A DNA stretch of 64,000 bases from Candidatus Woesebacteria bacterium (GTDB lineage: Bacteria > Patescibacteriota > Microgenomatia > UBA8517): positions 614,175 through 678,174 of the forward strand of contig CP066693.1 of the NCBI GenBank assembly GCA_016432525.1, written 5' to 3'. Positions 28,092 to 37,334 of this stretch are shown in pieces. A program made the position numbers and the translations under genes. Numbering within the stretch: the stretch's first letter is position 1; the number at the start of each line of letters is the position of its first letter. The notes below the pieces were generated by a model that ran no database searches, had not been told where the DNA came from, and was given only the letters and a program-made list of their open reading frames with translations.

Positions 28092-30380
28092 ATGTCCGAT
28101 TTAACATTATTCTTCAAAGATATAAGTAAAACTGACATCCCTAAGGTTGGAGGAAAAGGAGCTAATTTGGGTGAAATGTACAACGCCGGATTTCCTGTTC
28201 CTCCAGGCTTTGCAGTTACAGTTGCCTCTTACGATCTCTTTTTAACTGAAAATAAACTACTTGAAAAAATTACTGAAATTCTAAAAGACACTGATGTCAA
28301 TAACACTGAAAGTCTGGCTAAAGCTTCAGAAAAAATTCAAAAATTAATAATCAAAAGTGATATTCCTGAGGATGTTGCTAATGATACTATCCGTTCTTAC
28401 AAAAAGATTTCAGGTTTTTTCAAACAGGCTTTAGTTGCAGTACGTAGTTCAGCAACGGCAGAAGATCTTCCCGATGCCTCGTTTGCGGGCCAACAGGCAA
28501 CTTTTCTCAATGTAAAAGGCGAAGCAAATTTGCTTATAAAAATTCGTGAATGCTGGGCTTCTCTCTTTACAGAGCGAGCAATTTTTTATAGAGTTCAAAA
28601 TAAAATTCCACACGAAAAAGTAAAAATCTCTGTAATAATTCAAAAAATGATTCAATCTTATGTCTCTGGTGTCATGTTTACTATAGATCCAGTTACAAAC
28701 GAAAAAGACAGAATTATAATCGAGTCAGTCTGGGGTTTAGGTGAAATGATAGTCCAAGGCTCAGTGGTTCCAGATCATTACGTTGTTCAAAAAGGGACGA
28801 ATGCAATTCTTTCTAAAGAAGTTTCAGATCAGCACATACAACTTGTAAAAGAAGGAGTAGTTACAAAAGAAAGAGATGTTCCTAAATCACAAATTCCACT
28901 CCAAAAAATTTCCAATGAAGAAATAATTAAACTTGCCAAAATTGGCCAAAAACTTCAAGATCATTATTACCATCCTCAAGATGTTGAATGGGCAAAAGAA
29001 GGTGACAACCTTTATATTGTTCAAACTCGCCCTGTTACAACTATTAAAGAAACTACAAAAACAATTAGAAGAGAGGCAAGGACCAAAAAACTTGGCGATG
29101 AAGATATCACCCTTCCTGAAAAACCAATTTTAATTGGATCTCCAGCTTCTGTTGGGATTGGAACAGGTCGCGTCAAAATTATAAAAACTCCCAAGGAAAT
29201 AGGAAAAATGCAAACTGGTGATGTTTTGGTTTCCAAAATGACCTCGCCTGATTTTGTTCCAGCAATGAAAAAGGCTTCAGCCATAATTACTGACGAAGGA
29301 GGTCCAACTTCTCACGCAGCTATCGTTTCTAGAGAACTAGGAGTTCCTTGTGTAGTTGGAACAAAAGTAGCAACTACTCTATTAAAGGAAGGTTACGCTG
29401 TTACTGTTGATGGCGCAAAAGGAACTGTTTATTTAGGAAGTAAGGTCAAAATTCAAGAAAGTGAACAAAAAGTTGATTTGAATAAAAAATATGCTCATAC
29501 CAAAACAGCGACTAAAATTTATGTAAATCTAGCCGAACCCGAAAGAGCAAAGGAGGTTTCTAAGCTTAACGTTCAAGGAGTAGGGCTTTTAAGGGCAGAA
29601 TTTATGATTGCAGAAATAGGGATTCATCCCAAAGAAGCAATCAAACAAAAAAAACAAGCAAGCTTTATTGACAAATTAGCCAAGGATATTACAATTTTCT
29701 GTAAAAACTTTTATCCTCGTCCAGTAGTCTATCGTGCAACTGATTTTAAAACAAACGAATATCGCGCTCTTCCAGGAGGAAAAGCTTGGGAACCAGTTGA
29801 ACCAAATCCTTTAATGGGATTTCGCGGAGCCTTCCGTTATGTAACCTCTCCAGAAGTTTTTAATTTAGAACTTCAGGCAATTAAAAAGGTTCGAGAAAAA
29901 TATAATAATCTTTGGCTCATGACTCCTTATGTTAGGTCAGTAGATGAATTAGCTCGTGTTCGACGTCTTGTTGCAACGGAAGGCCTTTTCGAAAGTAACA
30001 CTTTTAAATTTTTGATGATGGTAGAAATTCCAGTCAATGTTATCCTTATAGAGGAGTTTATCAAAGTTGGAATTGATGGAGTTTCAATTGGATCAAACGA
30101 TCTTACAATGTTGACACTAGGCACAGATAGAGATAACGCAGAAGTTCGTGGAGCTTACAACGAGCGCTCAGAGGCAATTCTCTGGTCTCTGAAAAGAGTT
30201 ATAAAAACTTGTAATAAATATAAAATTACTAGCTCTATTTGCGGCCAAGCTCCGTCAACTTACGATGATCTTGTGAAGAAGTTGGTTAAATATGGTATAA
30301 CTAGTATCTCAGTTAATCCGGACGCAGTAGGTCGGGTTCGAGGAGTAGTTGCACAAATAGAAGAAGAATTAATAAAATAA
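28092..30380 (+). CDS. ppsA: Phosphoenolpyruvate synthase (PEP-utilising enzyme family)
   Basis: The ATP-grasp N-terminus reads KVGGKGANLGEM, the phospho-His domain reads GGPTSHAAIVSRELGVPCVVG, and a C-terminal PEP-binding TIM barrel follows. Confidence 0.8.
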   Translation: MSDLTLFFKDISKTDIPKVGGKGANLGEMYNAGFPVPPGFAVTVASYDLFLTENKLLEKITEILKDTDVNNTESLAKASEKIQKLIIKSDIPEDVANDTIRSYKKISGFFKQALVAVRSSATAEDLPDASFAGQQATFLNVKGEANLLIKIRECWASLFTERAIFYRVQNKIPHEKVKISVIIQKMIQSYVSGVMFTIDPVTNEKDRIIIESVWGLGEMIVQGSVVPDHYVVQKGTNAILSKEVSDQHIQLVKEGVVTKERDVPKSQIPLQKISNEEIIKLAKIGQKLQDHYYHPQDVEWAKEGDNLYIVQTRPVTTIKETTKTIRREARTKKLGDEDITLPEKPILIGSPASVGIGTGRVKIIKTPKEIGKMQTGDVLVSKMTSPDFVPAMKKASAIITDEGGPTSHAAIVSRELGVPCVVGTKVATTLLKEGYAVTVDGAKGTVYLGSKVKIQESEQKVDLNKKYAHTKTATKIYVNLAEPERAKEVSKLNVQGVGLLRAEFMIAEIGIHPKEAIKQKKQASFIDKLAKDITIFCKNFYPRPVVYRATDFKTNEYRALPGGKAWEPVEPNPLMGFRGAFRYVTSPEVFNLELQAIKKVREKYNNLWLMTPYVRSVDELARVRRLVATEGLFESNTFKFLMMVEIPVNVILIEEFIKVGIDGVSIGSNDLTMLTLGTDRDNAEVRGAYNERSEAILWSLKRVIKTCNKYKITSSICGQAPSTYDDLVKKLVKYGITSISVNPDAVGRVRGVVAQIEEELIK

Positions 30381-30385
30381 ATAAA

Positions 30386-31666
30386 ATGGCAAAAATTCAA
30401 AAGGTTTGGGCAGTTGAAATATTAGACTCAAGAGCAAACCCCACTGTTGAGTGTGCAATACAGCTCGATTCAGGAGCAGTAGCTGTTGCTTCAGTTCCAT
30501 CAGGAGCTTCGACAGGTACTCACGAAGCATTGGAGTTAAGAGATAATGACCCTGAACGTTTCAAAGGTAAAGGTGTGGTTAAAGCCGTGACTAACGTAAA
30601 TCAAGTTTTAGGCCCAGCCATTGTTGGGATGGATCCAACAGACCAAGATGGAGTTGATAATCGATTAAAAGGTTTAGATTCAACACCAAATAAATCAAAG
30701 CTTGGAGCAAATGCAATTCTTTCTGTTTCCTTAGCAAATGCAAAAGCAGCTAGTATAGCCAATAATTTTGCGCCTTATAAATGGGTTAACCAGCTTGCGC
30801 AAAGAAAAGGAATAGTAGTTCAAACCTTAAAAGTTCCAACACCAGTTTTTAATATGATTAACGGAGGTCTTCATGGAGCAGGAAACCTTGATTTCCAAGA
30901 ATTTTTTGTGATTCCGGCTTCCTCTAAAAAATTCTCAGATGGACTTCGTGAAGGCGCAGAAATTTATTTAAGTATCGGTGAAAATCTAAAACGTCGTGGA
31001 GCTATCCACTCAGTCGGCGATGAAGGAGGTTACGCTCCTAATCTTTTTACAAATGCAGATGCATTAGAAATCCTTGTCGAAACAATCAAACAAACTCCTT
31101 ATGCTATCGGTCGTGATGTATTTTTAGGTCTTGATGTCGCAGCTTCTCATTTCTTTAACGGCAACGCTTACTCAATAAGAGACAAATCAGCTCCAGTAGA
31201 AGAAAATGGAATGCTTGATTACTACAGAGAACTTAATGGGACCTATCACCTAGCAATTCTTGAAGATCCTTTAAACGAAGATTCCTGGAGTGGATGGAAA
31301 AATATAACTCAAACATTGGGTGCGGAAGTCTTAATAGTAGGTGATGATCTTTTGGCAACTAACCCTCAAAGAGTCCAAAAGGCAACTGCAGAGCACGCAT
31401 GTAATGCAATTTTGGTTAAACCTAACCAAATAGGAACAGTCACAGAAACCTTAGAAGTTATTAAAATGGCAAGAGATGCCAATTGGAAAATTATTATTTC
31501 TCATAGATCAGGTGAAACAAATGATTGGTTTATAGCAGATTTTGGAGTTGGAGTAGGAGCTGACTATGCAAAATTTGGAGCCCCCGCAAGAGGCGAACGT
31601 GTAGCCAAATACAATAGACTAAGCTCAATTGAAGTAGAGTTGTCCCTCGCAAATCAAAATGCCTGA
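30386..31666 (+). CDS. eno: Enolase
   Basis: N-terminus reads AVEILDSRANPTVE, and the signature LVKPNQIGTVTE / SHRSGETND is present. Confidence 0.9.
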   Translation: MAKIQKVWAVEILDSRANPTVECAIQLDSGAVAVASVPSGASTGTHEALELRDNDPERFKGKGVVKAVTNVNQVLGPAIVGMDPTDQDGVDNRLKGLDSTPNKSKLGANAILSVSLANAKAASIANNFAPYKWVNQLAQRKGIVVQTLKVPTPVFNMINGGLHGAGNLDFQEFFVIPASSKKFSDGLREGAEIYLSIGENLKRRGAIHSVGDEGGYAPNLFTNADALEILVETIKQTPYAIGRDVFLGLDVAASHFFNGNAYSIRDKSAPVEENGMLDYYRELNGTYHLAILEDPLNEDSWSGWKNITQTLGAEVLIVGDDLLATNPQRVQKATAEHACNAILVKPNQIGTVTETLEVIKMARDANWKIIISHRSGETNDWFIADFGVGVGADYAKFGAPARGERVAKYNRLSSIEVELSLANQNA

Positions 31667-33206
31667 AACTAAATTCGCCCTCCTCGTCATTCTCGATGGA
31701 TTTGGAATAGCACCTGCATCAGTTGGTAACGCCATAACTTCAGCTAACTTAATTAATATTACAAGAGTGACTGCATCTTACCCACACACCCAACTAAGAG
31801 CATCTGGAAAAGCAGTTGGTTTACCAGAAGGTGAGCCAGGTAACACTGAAACAGGCCATTTAAATTTAGGCGCGGGAAGAATTGTTTATCAGGACTTAGA
31901 GCGAATTAATATGTCTATTGCAGACGGCTCTTTTTTTGAAAATAAGACCTTAATTCAAGCAATCAATCACTGCAAAGAAAAAAATTCCAATCTACATGTA
32001 ATGGGGCTTATTGGAGGCGGAGGTGTTCATTCTAATAAAAATCATCTTTTCGCACTTATTCACTTAGCAAGGCTTCAAAATTTTAATCGACTTTTTATTC
32101 ACCTCTTCACGGATGGTCGCGACTCAAATCCCACTTCTTCCAAAATTTATATAAAAGAAGTAGAAGATGTAACAAAAAAAGAACAAACAGGGAAAATAGC
32201 TTCAATAATGGGGCGTTATTGGGCAATGGATAGAGATAATCGCTGGGAAAGAACATCTAAAGCCTACAATGCTTTAACAAAAGGGGAAGGAAATAAAGCC
32301 AAAACACCTTTTGAAATTATAGATAATTCTTATAGTCTTAAAAAAACAGATGAGTTCATTGAGCCAGCTCTTATTGTAGATAATCAAAATAATCCTATCG
32401 GTTTAATTAAAGATAATGATTCAGTTATATTTTTTAACTTTAGAATTGATAGACCAAGGCAACTAACTAGAAATTTTGTACAAAAAGAGCCTCTAAAAAA
32501 TTTATGTTTCGTAACCATGACAGAATATGACAAAGAATTTGAATCCTACGCTGTAAAAGTTGCTTATCCTCGTGAGCTTGTGAACATGCCACTTTCAAGA
32601 GTTATTTCTGAAGCAGGACTAAAACAACTTCGTGTTGCCGAATCAGAAAAAGAACGTTTTGTCACTTTTTTCTTTAATGGACAAAGGGAATTTGCATTCA
32701 CAGGAGAAAAAAGAATAATTGTTCCTTCACCTAATGTAGTAACTTACGATTTAAAACCAGAAATGTCAGCATATGAAACTACCGACAAACTTCTAAAAGA
32801 GCTTAGAAACGCTGAAATTCCTTACTCCTTTGCGTTAATAAATTACGCAAATCCCGATATGGTAGGTCACACAGGGGATCTGAATGCCGCTATAAAGGCA
32901 GTTAAGATAGTAGATGAATGCTTGGGTCGACTTATTAGTTTCATAATAGCCTATGGTGGAGTCCTGTTAGTTACAGCAGATCACGGAAACTGCGAGGAAA
33001 TGATCGATTTAAAAACAGGAGAAATTAACACCGAACACACGTCAAATCCAGTACCATTTATAGCTGTTTCAAAAGATTTTGCAGGAACACAAGTTAACAT
33101 TCAAAGTGGAATTCTTGCTGATATTGCCCCAACTATTCTCAAGATTCTAGAACTTAATCAGCCCACAGAAATGACTGGCCGCAATTTATTAGAAGGATTA
33201 CTTTAA
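31659..33206 (+). CDS. gpmI: 2,3-bisphosphoglycerate-independent phosphoglycerate mutase
   Basis: N-terminus reads LVILDGFG. Alkaline-phosphatase-superfamily motifs are present, including the catalytic Ser region and ADHGNCE. Confidence 0.9.
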   Translation: MPETKFALLVILDGFGIAPASVGNAITSANLINITRVTASYPHTQLRASGKAVGLPEGEPGNTETGHLNLGAGRIVYQDLERINMSIADGSFFENKTLIQAINHCKEKNSNLHVMGLIGGGGVHSNKNHLFALIHLARLQNFNRLFIHLFTDGRDSNPTSSKIYIKEVEDVTKKEQTGKIASIMGRYWAMDRDNRWERTSKAYNALTKGEGNKAKTPFEIIDNSYSLKKTDEFIEPALIVDNQNNPIGLIKDNDSVIFFNFRIDRPRQLTRNFVQKEPLKNLCFVTMTEYDKEFESYAVKVAYPRELVNMPLSRVISEAGLKQLRVAESEKERFVTFFFNGQREFAFTGEKRIIVPSPNVVTYDLKPEMSAYETTDKLLKELRNAEIPYSFALINYANPDMVGHTGDLNAAIKAVKIVDECLGRLISFIIAYGGVLLVTADHGNCEEMIDLKTGEINTEHTSNPVPFIAVSKDFAGTQVNIQSGILADIAPTILKILELNQPTEMTGRNLLEGLL

Positions 33207-33826
33207 TTCAAATATTTACGTATAAGCCCAACCATTTTCCCTTGTATTCGGACATTCTTTACAAATATCGGGCTCATTGCTGAATTTGCTGGTTCAAGTC
33301 TGATTCTTGTTGCTTCTTTATAAAACCTTTTCAAGGTTGCCATTCCATTATCCAAAAGTGCTACAACAATATCCCCATTTCTTGCAATTTCAGTTTCCTC
33401 AACAATCACAAAATCACCATCTCTTATTTGCTCTTCTATCATTGACTCTCCTCGAACTTGAAGTACATAAACTCTTTTTGATCCATTCACAAAAGCAGGT
33501 GGAATATCCATAGAAGCATTAGGGTCCTGCATTGGCTCAATTGGAGCACCGGCTGCAATAAACCCAAGTATTGGGACATTGACTACCCTCTCCCCTGATT
33601 CAGCAACAATATCGTTTGTTAAAGTGATCCCTCGATTCTTCCCATGCCTTCTTTTAATTACTCCTTTTGCCTCCAAAGATTCCAAATGTTCATGAACAGT
33701 TGCAAGAGAAGAAACACCAATGCATTCAGCTATCTGTTTTAAGGTTGGAGCATATCCAAAAGCCTGAATATGTTGGTATATAAAATCAACTATCTGTTTT
33801 TGTCTTTTGTAAATTACAGGGGCCAT
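33203..33826 (-). CDS. lexA: LexA repressor
   Basis: A winged-helix N-terminus is followed by the cleavage site at ...AAGAP..., the S24 peptidase Ser (GESM) and Lys (ATLKRF). The track start at 33925 lies upstream of the promoter; the ATG at 33826 gives a 207-aa protein. Its stop overlaps the gpmI stop (shared TTAA). Confidence 0.85.
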   Translation of the reverse strand: MAPVIYKRQKQIVDFIYQHIQAFGYAPTLKQIAECIGVSSLATVHEHLESLEAKGVIKRRHGKNRGITLTNDIVAESGERVVNVPILGFIAAGAPIEPMQDPNASMDIPPAFVNGSKRVYVLQVRGESMIEEQIRDGDFVIVEETEIARNGDIVVALLDNGMATLKRFYKEATRIRLEPANSAMSPIFVKNVRIQGKMVGLIRKYLN

Positions 33827-33839
33827 AACTTTCACTAAC

Positions 33840-33868
33840 AATTTACAAACTTTACCCGAACTTGTCAA
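33840..33868 (-). promoter_or_regulatory. lexA promoter: TTGACA, 17-nt spacer, TAAATT
   Basis: On the minus strand the -35 TTGACA (33863-33868) and the -10 TAAATT (33840-33845) sit about 14 nt upstream of the lexA ATG. Confidence 0.5.
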
Positions 33869-33893
33869 GGGGATATAATATATATAACGCACA

Positions 33894-33913
33894 TTGTGAG
33901 ATTTCTTTTCCAA
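33894..33913 (+). promoter_or_regulatory. Candidate operator motif TTGTGAGATTTCTTTTCCAA. It is shared with the polX upstream region and lies just downstream of a divergent gGATATAAT -10 (33871-33879).
   Basis: The 8-mers TTGTGAGA and TTTTCCAA occur at nearly the same spacing here and at 11273-11291. Confidence 0.3.
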
Positions 33914-34008
33914 TGGGAGATTCAATACCTACAACATATAGAATCGACGTTTCCAACGACCTAGATAAAGCAATGGTTACGGTCAAAAGAGAATTCGCAA
34001 AAGCATAG
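33913..34008 (+). other. Candidate small ORF (31 codons, MGDSIPTTYRIDVSNDLDKAMVTVKREFAKA) or small RNA, transcribed divergently from lexA
   Basis: A + strand -10 TATAAT at 33874-33879 is followed by the operator-like motif and then the ATG at 33913. No Shine-Dalgarno is present, and the ORF ends at a TAG at 34006-34008. Confidence 0.2.
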
Positions 34009-34051
34009 AAAACAAAAAAAGCCTGTTATGACTTATCATCACAACAGGCTT
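34008..34051 (-). terminator. Rho-independent terminator for the 34074-35189 gene
   Basis: The stem aagcctgtt...aacaggctt is followed on the minus strand by TTTTTTTGTTTT. Confidence 0.6.
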
Positions 34052-34073
34052 ACTATTAACAATCAAATTGGGT

Positions 34074-35189
34074 TTACCAAGCTACAAGTAACCTTGAATA
34101 CCAAGCCTGGGCAATCGAATGCAACTTCCAAAAACTAAATCCATCAGACATGGTTATACACAAAGTATACATATCCAAACCTCCAGACTGATAATTTTCT
34201 GGGCATTCGTAAACTATCATCAAATCGTCAGGTGACCAAGAAAGAGGAACACGGGTACTTTCTGTGTGTATCTTCATAACATATGTGCCATCTAGGCTCG
34301 AAACCAACAAAACCCGACCAGCACTATTATTACTAGCCCAACATGCAATTCTCTTTGAGGTATGAGCAAGTATTACATCACCACCCGAACAAGAGTAACC
34401 TTGAATATTAGAGGTTTCTAGTTCTGTCTTTGTTTTTCGACTCACCGAAAAAAGATAGTTAGATGAGCTACTGACTAAAAGCGTATCTGAATCAGACAGC
34501 CATCGTAAATCAGGATTTAAGTCTGGCCCATCCAAAACAACATAGTCCTTTGGAACATGTTCATTGTGAAAATCCAGGTAATCATATGGATATTTACTTG
34601 AATCAAGTTTTACAACAACAACCCAATTGTTAGACCCAAATTCTTGATGTACAAAGGCTAAAAATCTCCCATCTGGTGATACCACTGGAGAAATATTCCA
34701 TGTATCAAAATGCGAGCCACTAACAACCTTATACTCTGAATCTTTAGTTAAATCCTGAACAAAAAGACCAACTCCATCTCCCCTGATCACATCCATCTTG
34801 GAAGTAAGAACCTCATTATTATTTCCAAACCATGTAAAGCCAAGGAAATAATAAACCGGTTTGTAAGTCTTGATCAGGATTCCTTTTTCATCATAAAAAT
34901 CAACGAAGCTGTATTCGCAACATGCAGGAATTACCGCAAGCTTCGTATGGTCAGGTGACCACAAAAGTCGCTCGACATCATGATTTAGAGGTATTCTTAC
35001 TTTGTTTTGTCCACCAGGATCAACGATTTCCAAATAATAGGAATATTTGTTTGAAACAGAATCTTGTAAAACTATCACATATGCAATCCTGTACACTTTT
35101 TCTTGTGCCCAAACTTTGTTAGTTGGTACTTCCACCAAACTTCCCCATACCGTCAGAACCAAGATCAATAGAATAGTTAACCTTTTCAT
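34074..35189 (-). CDS. Secreted PD40/TolB-like beta-propeller repeat protein
   Basis: Signal peptide reads MKRLTILLILVLTVWGSLVEV. Repeated WSPD and SPDGRFLAFV motifs are present. The ATG at 35189 carries a perfect GGAGG Shine-Dalgarno at 5 nt; the track start at 35201 is a TTG. Confidence 0.6.
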   Translation of the reverse strand: MKRLTILLILVLTVWGSLVEVPTNKVWAQEKVYRIAYVIVLQDSVSNKYSYYLEIVDPGGQNKVRIPLNHDVERLLWSPDHTKLAVIPACCEYSFVDFYDEKGILIKTYKPVYYFLGFTWFGNNNEVLTSKMDVIRGDGVGLFVQDLTKDSEYKVVSGSHFDTWNISPVVSPDGRFLAFVHQEFGSNNWVVVVKLDSSKYPYDYLDFHNEHVPKDYVVLDGPDLNPDLRWLSDSDTLLVSSSSNYLFSVSRKTKTELETSNIQGYSCSGGDVILAHTSKRIACWASNNSAGRVLLVSSLDGTYVMKIHTESTRVPLSWSPDDLMIVYECPENYQSGGLDMYTLCITMSDGFSFWKLHSIAQAWYSRLLVAW

Positions 35190-35217
35190 CTCTTCCTCCA
35201 ATTTGATTTGTTAAAGA

Positions 35218-35237
35218 ACTGTGGCTATATTATATCA
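35218..35237 (-). promoter_or_regulatory. Second copy of the 20-bp element ACTGTGGCTATATTATATCA. On the minus strand it reads TGATATAATATAGCCACAGT and provides an extended -10 for the 34074-35189 gene. It lies in the divergent region shared with uvrB.
   Basis: A 20/20 identity with 9508-9527. The -10 TATAAT occupies 35229-35234 on the minus strand. Confidence 0.5.
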
Positions 35238-35282
35238 CTTCTGTCTATTCACTTTCGCTTAAATTTCGGATATTATCAAAGT

Positions 35283-37292
35283 ATGGATCTAAAACTTGTC
35301 ACTAACTACAAATTAACAGGGGACCAGCCCCAGGCTGTCGAAAAACTCGTATCTAATTTAAAGAAAAACCAAAGATATCAAACTCTTTTGGGAGTTACTG
35401 GTTCCGGTAAAACTTTTTCAGTGGCCAATGTAATTGAAAAAACTCAAAAGCCAACCTTAGTTATTTCTCACAATAAAACTCTGGCAGCTCAGCTTTATCA
35501 GGAATTCCGCGACTTTTTCCCACAAAACGCAGTTTCTTACTTTGTTTCTTACTATGATTATTACCAACCTGAAGCATATATTCCTTCAACTGACACCTAT
35601 ATTGAAAAAGATTCAGATGTAAATGAACTCATCGACAAACTTCGCCTTGCTGCAACTACAAATATTCTGACGCGCAAAGATGTCATCGTGGTGGCCTCAG
35701 TTTCTTGTATTTACAATTTAGGCTCTCCCAAGGAATATGGCAATTTTGTGCTTGAATTAACTCCGGGAATGAAAATTCAAAGAGTTCAAATTCTTGACCG
35801 TCTTGCCTCTCTTCAATATGAACGCTCAGATTTTGGTTTCCATAGAGGTACTTTTAGGGTCAGGGGAGATATCATAGATGTTTATCCAGCCTATGATGAT
35901 GTTGGTGTAAAAATCCAACTCTCCGGGGATTACCTCGCTCGTATCGACAAATTCGATCCAGTTTCAGGGCAAACCTTGGAAGAAAATTTAAATTTCTTTA
36001 TTCTTTATCCTTCAAAACACTATGTTACTGATCCAAACAAAAACAAATCTGTGTTTAAACAAATTCAAGATGATTTAAAATTTCAAGTTGAAAAATTTAA
36101 AGACGAAGGAAAGCTTCTTGAGGCAAATAGAATCTCACAAAAGGTAACTTACGATCTTGAGATGATTCAAGAGTTGGGTTACACCAAAGGAATTGAAAAT
36201 TATTCTCGTTATTTTGACGGGAGAGCAGAAGGGGAGCCTCCTTTTACTCTTGTAGATTATTTTAATGAAGCTTATGGCAAAGATTGGCTTTTGGTAGTTG
36301 ATGAAAGCCATATCACTTTTCCACAGGTTAGGGGAATGTACGCAGGCGATAGAAGTAGAAAAGAAACTCTAATTAATTATGGCTTTCGCCTTCCTTCAGC
36401 ACTCGACAATCGTCCCCTTAAGTTTGAAGAATTTATGAGATTGGTTCCAAATTTTGTCGCGGTTTCAGCTACTCCCAGTGAATGGGAAATTTCTATGTCC
36501 GAAGGAAATATTGTAGAGCAACTTGTTCGTCCCACAGGCATTGTAGATCCGCTAGTGGATATTCGTCCGACCCAGACTCAGGTTAAAGATGTAATTGAAG
36601 AAGTAAAACTTCGTGCTAATAAAAAAGAAAGAGTTTTGATAACTACCCTAACCAAAAAAACAGCTGAAGATGTAAGTAACTTTCTCGCAGAGCAAGGCTT
36701 AAACGTTCAATATCTCCACTCAGATGTTAAAACATTAGAACGCACTGATATTTTAGATAAACTTCGTCTTGGTAAATATGATTGTCTGGTTGGAGTAAAT
36801 TTATTGCGTGAAGGTTTGGATCTTCCAGAAGTCTCACTAGTTGCAATCCTAGATGCAGATAAGGAAGGTTTTTTAAGATCTGATGTTTCTTTAATTCAAA
36901 CAATGGGCCGCGCGGCTCGCCACATAGAAGGAAAGGTTATTTTATATGCAGACCAAGTTACAGGATCAATGGATAGGGCATTAAAAGAAGTTAAAAGAAG
37001 ACGTGAATATCAAGTTAGTTGGAATAAAAAGTACAGAATTACTCCCAAAAGTATTCAAAAACCAGTTCGCCAAAAACTTATTGATTTTGAGGCAATTTAT
37101 GAAGAAAAAGCCAAATCCAAATCACGAGTTACATTTTCATCGCTTAATGATATCGATATAGATTCGTTTACTCCAATGCAAAAGAAAAAGCTTGTTATAA
37201 ATCTAAAACGCGAAATGCGCCTTGCAGCAAACGATCTTGATTTTGAGCTAGCAGCAGGAATTAGAGACAAAATCAGAGAAATAGAAATTTAG
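35283..37292 (+). CDS. uvrB: Excinuclease ABC subunit B
   Basis: Helicase motif I reads GVTGSGKT. The beta-hairpin, helicase C domain and C-terminal UvrB/UvrC interaction domain are present. The track start at 35208 is an upstream TTG. Confidence 0.9.
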   Translation: MDLKLVTNYKLTGDQPQAVEKLVSNLKKNQRYQTLLGVTGSGKTFSVANVIEKTQKPTLVISHNKTLAAQLYQEFRDFFPQNAVSYFVSYYDYYQPEAYIPSTDTYIEKDSDVNELIDKLRLAATTNILTRKDVIVVASVSCIYNLGSPKEYGNFVLELTPGMKIQRVQILDRLASLQYERSDFGFHRGTFRVRGDIIDVYPAYDDVGVKIQLSGDYLARIDKFDPVSGQTLEENLNFFILYPSKHYVTDPNKNKSVFKQIQDDLKFQVEKFKDEGKLLEANRISQKVTYDLEMIQELGYTKGIENYSRYFDGRAEGEPPFTLVDYFNEAYGKDWLLVVDESHITFPQVRGMYAGDRSRKETLINYGFRLPSALDNRPLKFEEFMRLVPNFVAVSATPSEWEISMSEGNIVEQLVRPTGIVDPLVDIRPTQTQVKDVIEEVKLRANKKERVLITTLTKKTAEDVSNFLAEQGLNVQYLHSDVKTLERTDILDKLRLGKYDCLVGVNLLREGLDLPEVSLVAILDADKEGFLRSDVSLIQTMGRAARHIEGKVILYADQVTGSMDRALKEVKRRREYQVSWNKKYRITPKSIQKPVRQKLIDFEAIYEEKAKSKSRVTFSSLNDIDIDSFTPMQKKKLVINLKREMRLAANDLDFELAAGIRDKIREIEI

Positions 37293-37334
37293 TGTTATAA
37301 TTGACAACCACTGGTAATCCAGCGGAAATTTTAT

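Noticed and set aside
33827-33925. N-terminal extension of lexA to 240 aa
   Set aside because: The lexA promoter (TTGACA, 17-nt spacer, TAAATT) lies inside it, and the ATG at 33826 gives a normal-length LexA.
35208-35282. N-terminal extension of uvrB starting at a TTG
   Set aside because: The extension is hydrophobic junk and covers the divergent promoter element. The ATG at 35283 gives the canonical UvrB N-terminus.
33840-37334. Canonical LexA boxes (CTGT-N8-ACAG, GAAC-N4-GTTC) near lexA, uvrB and uvrA
   Set aside because: None were found by eye. Only short 4-1-4 palindromes (CACATTGTG, ACCACTGGT) that do not match each other.
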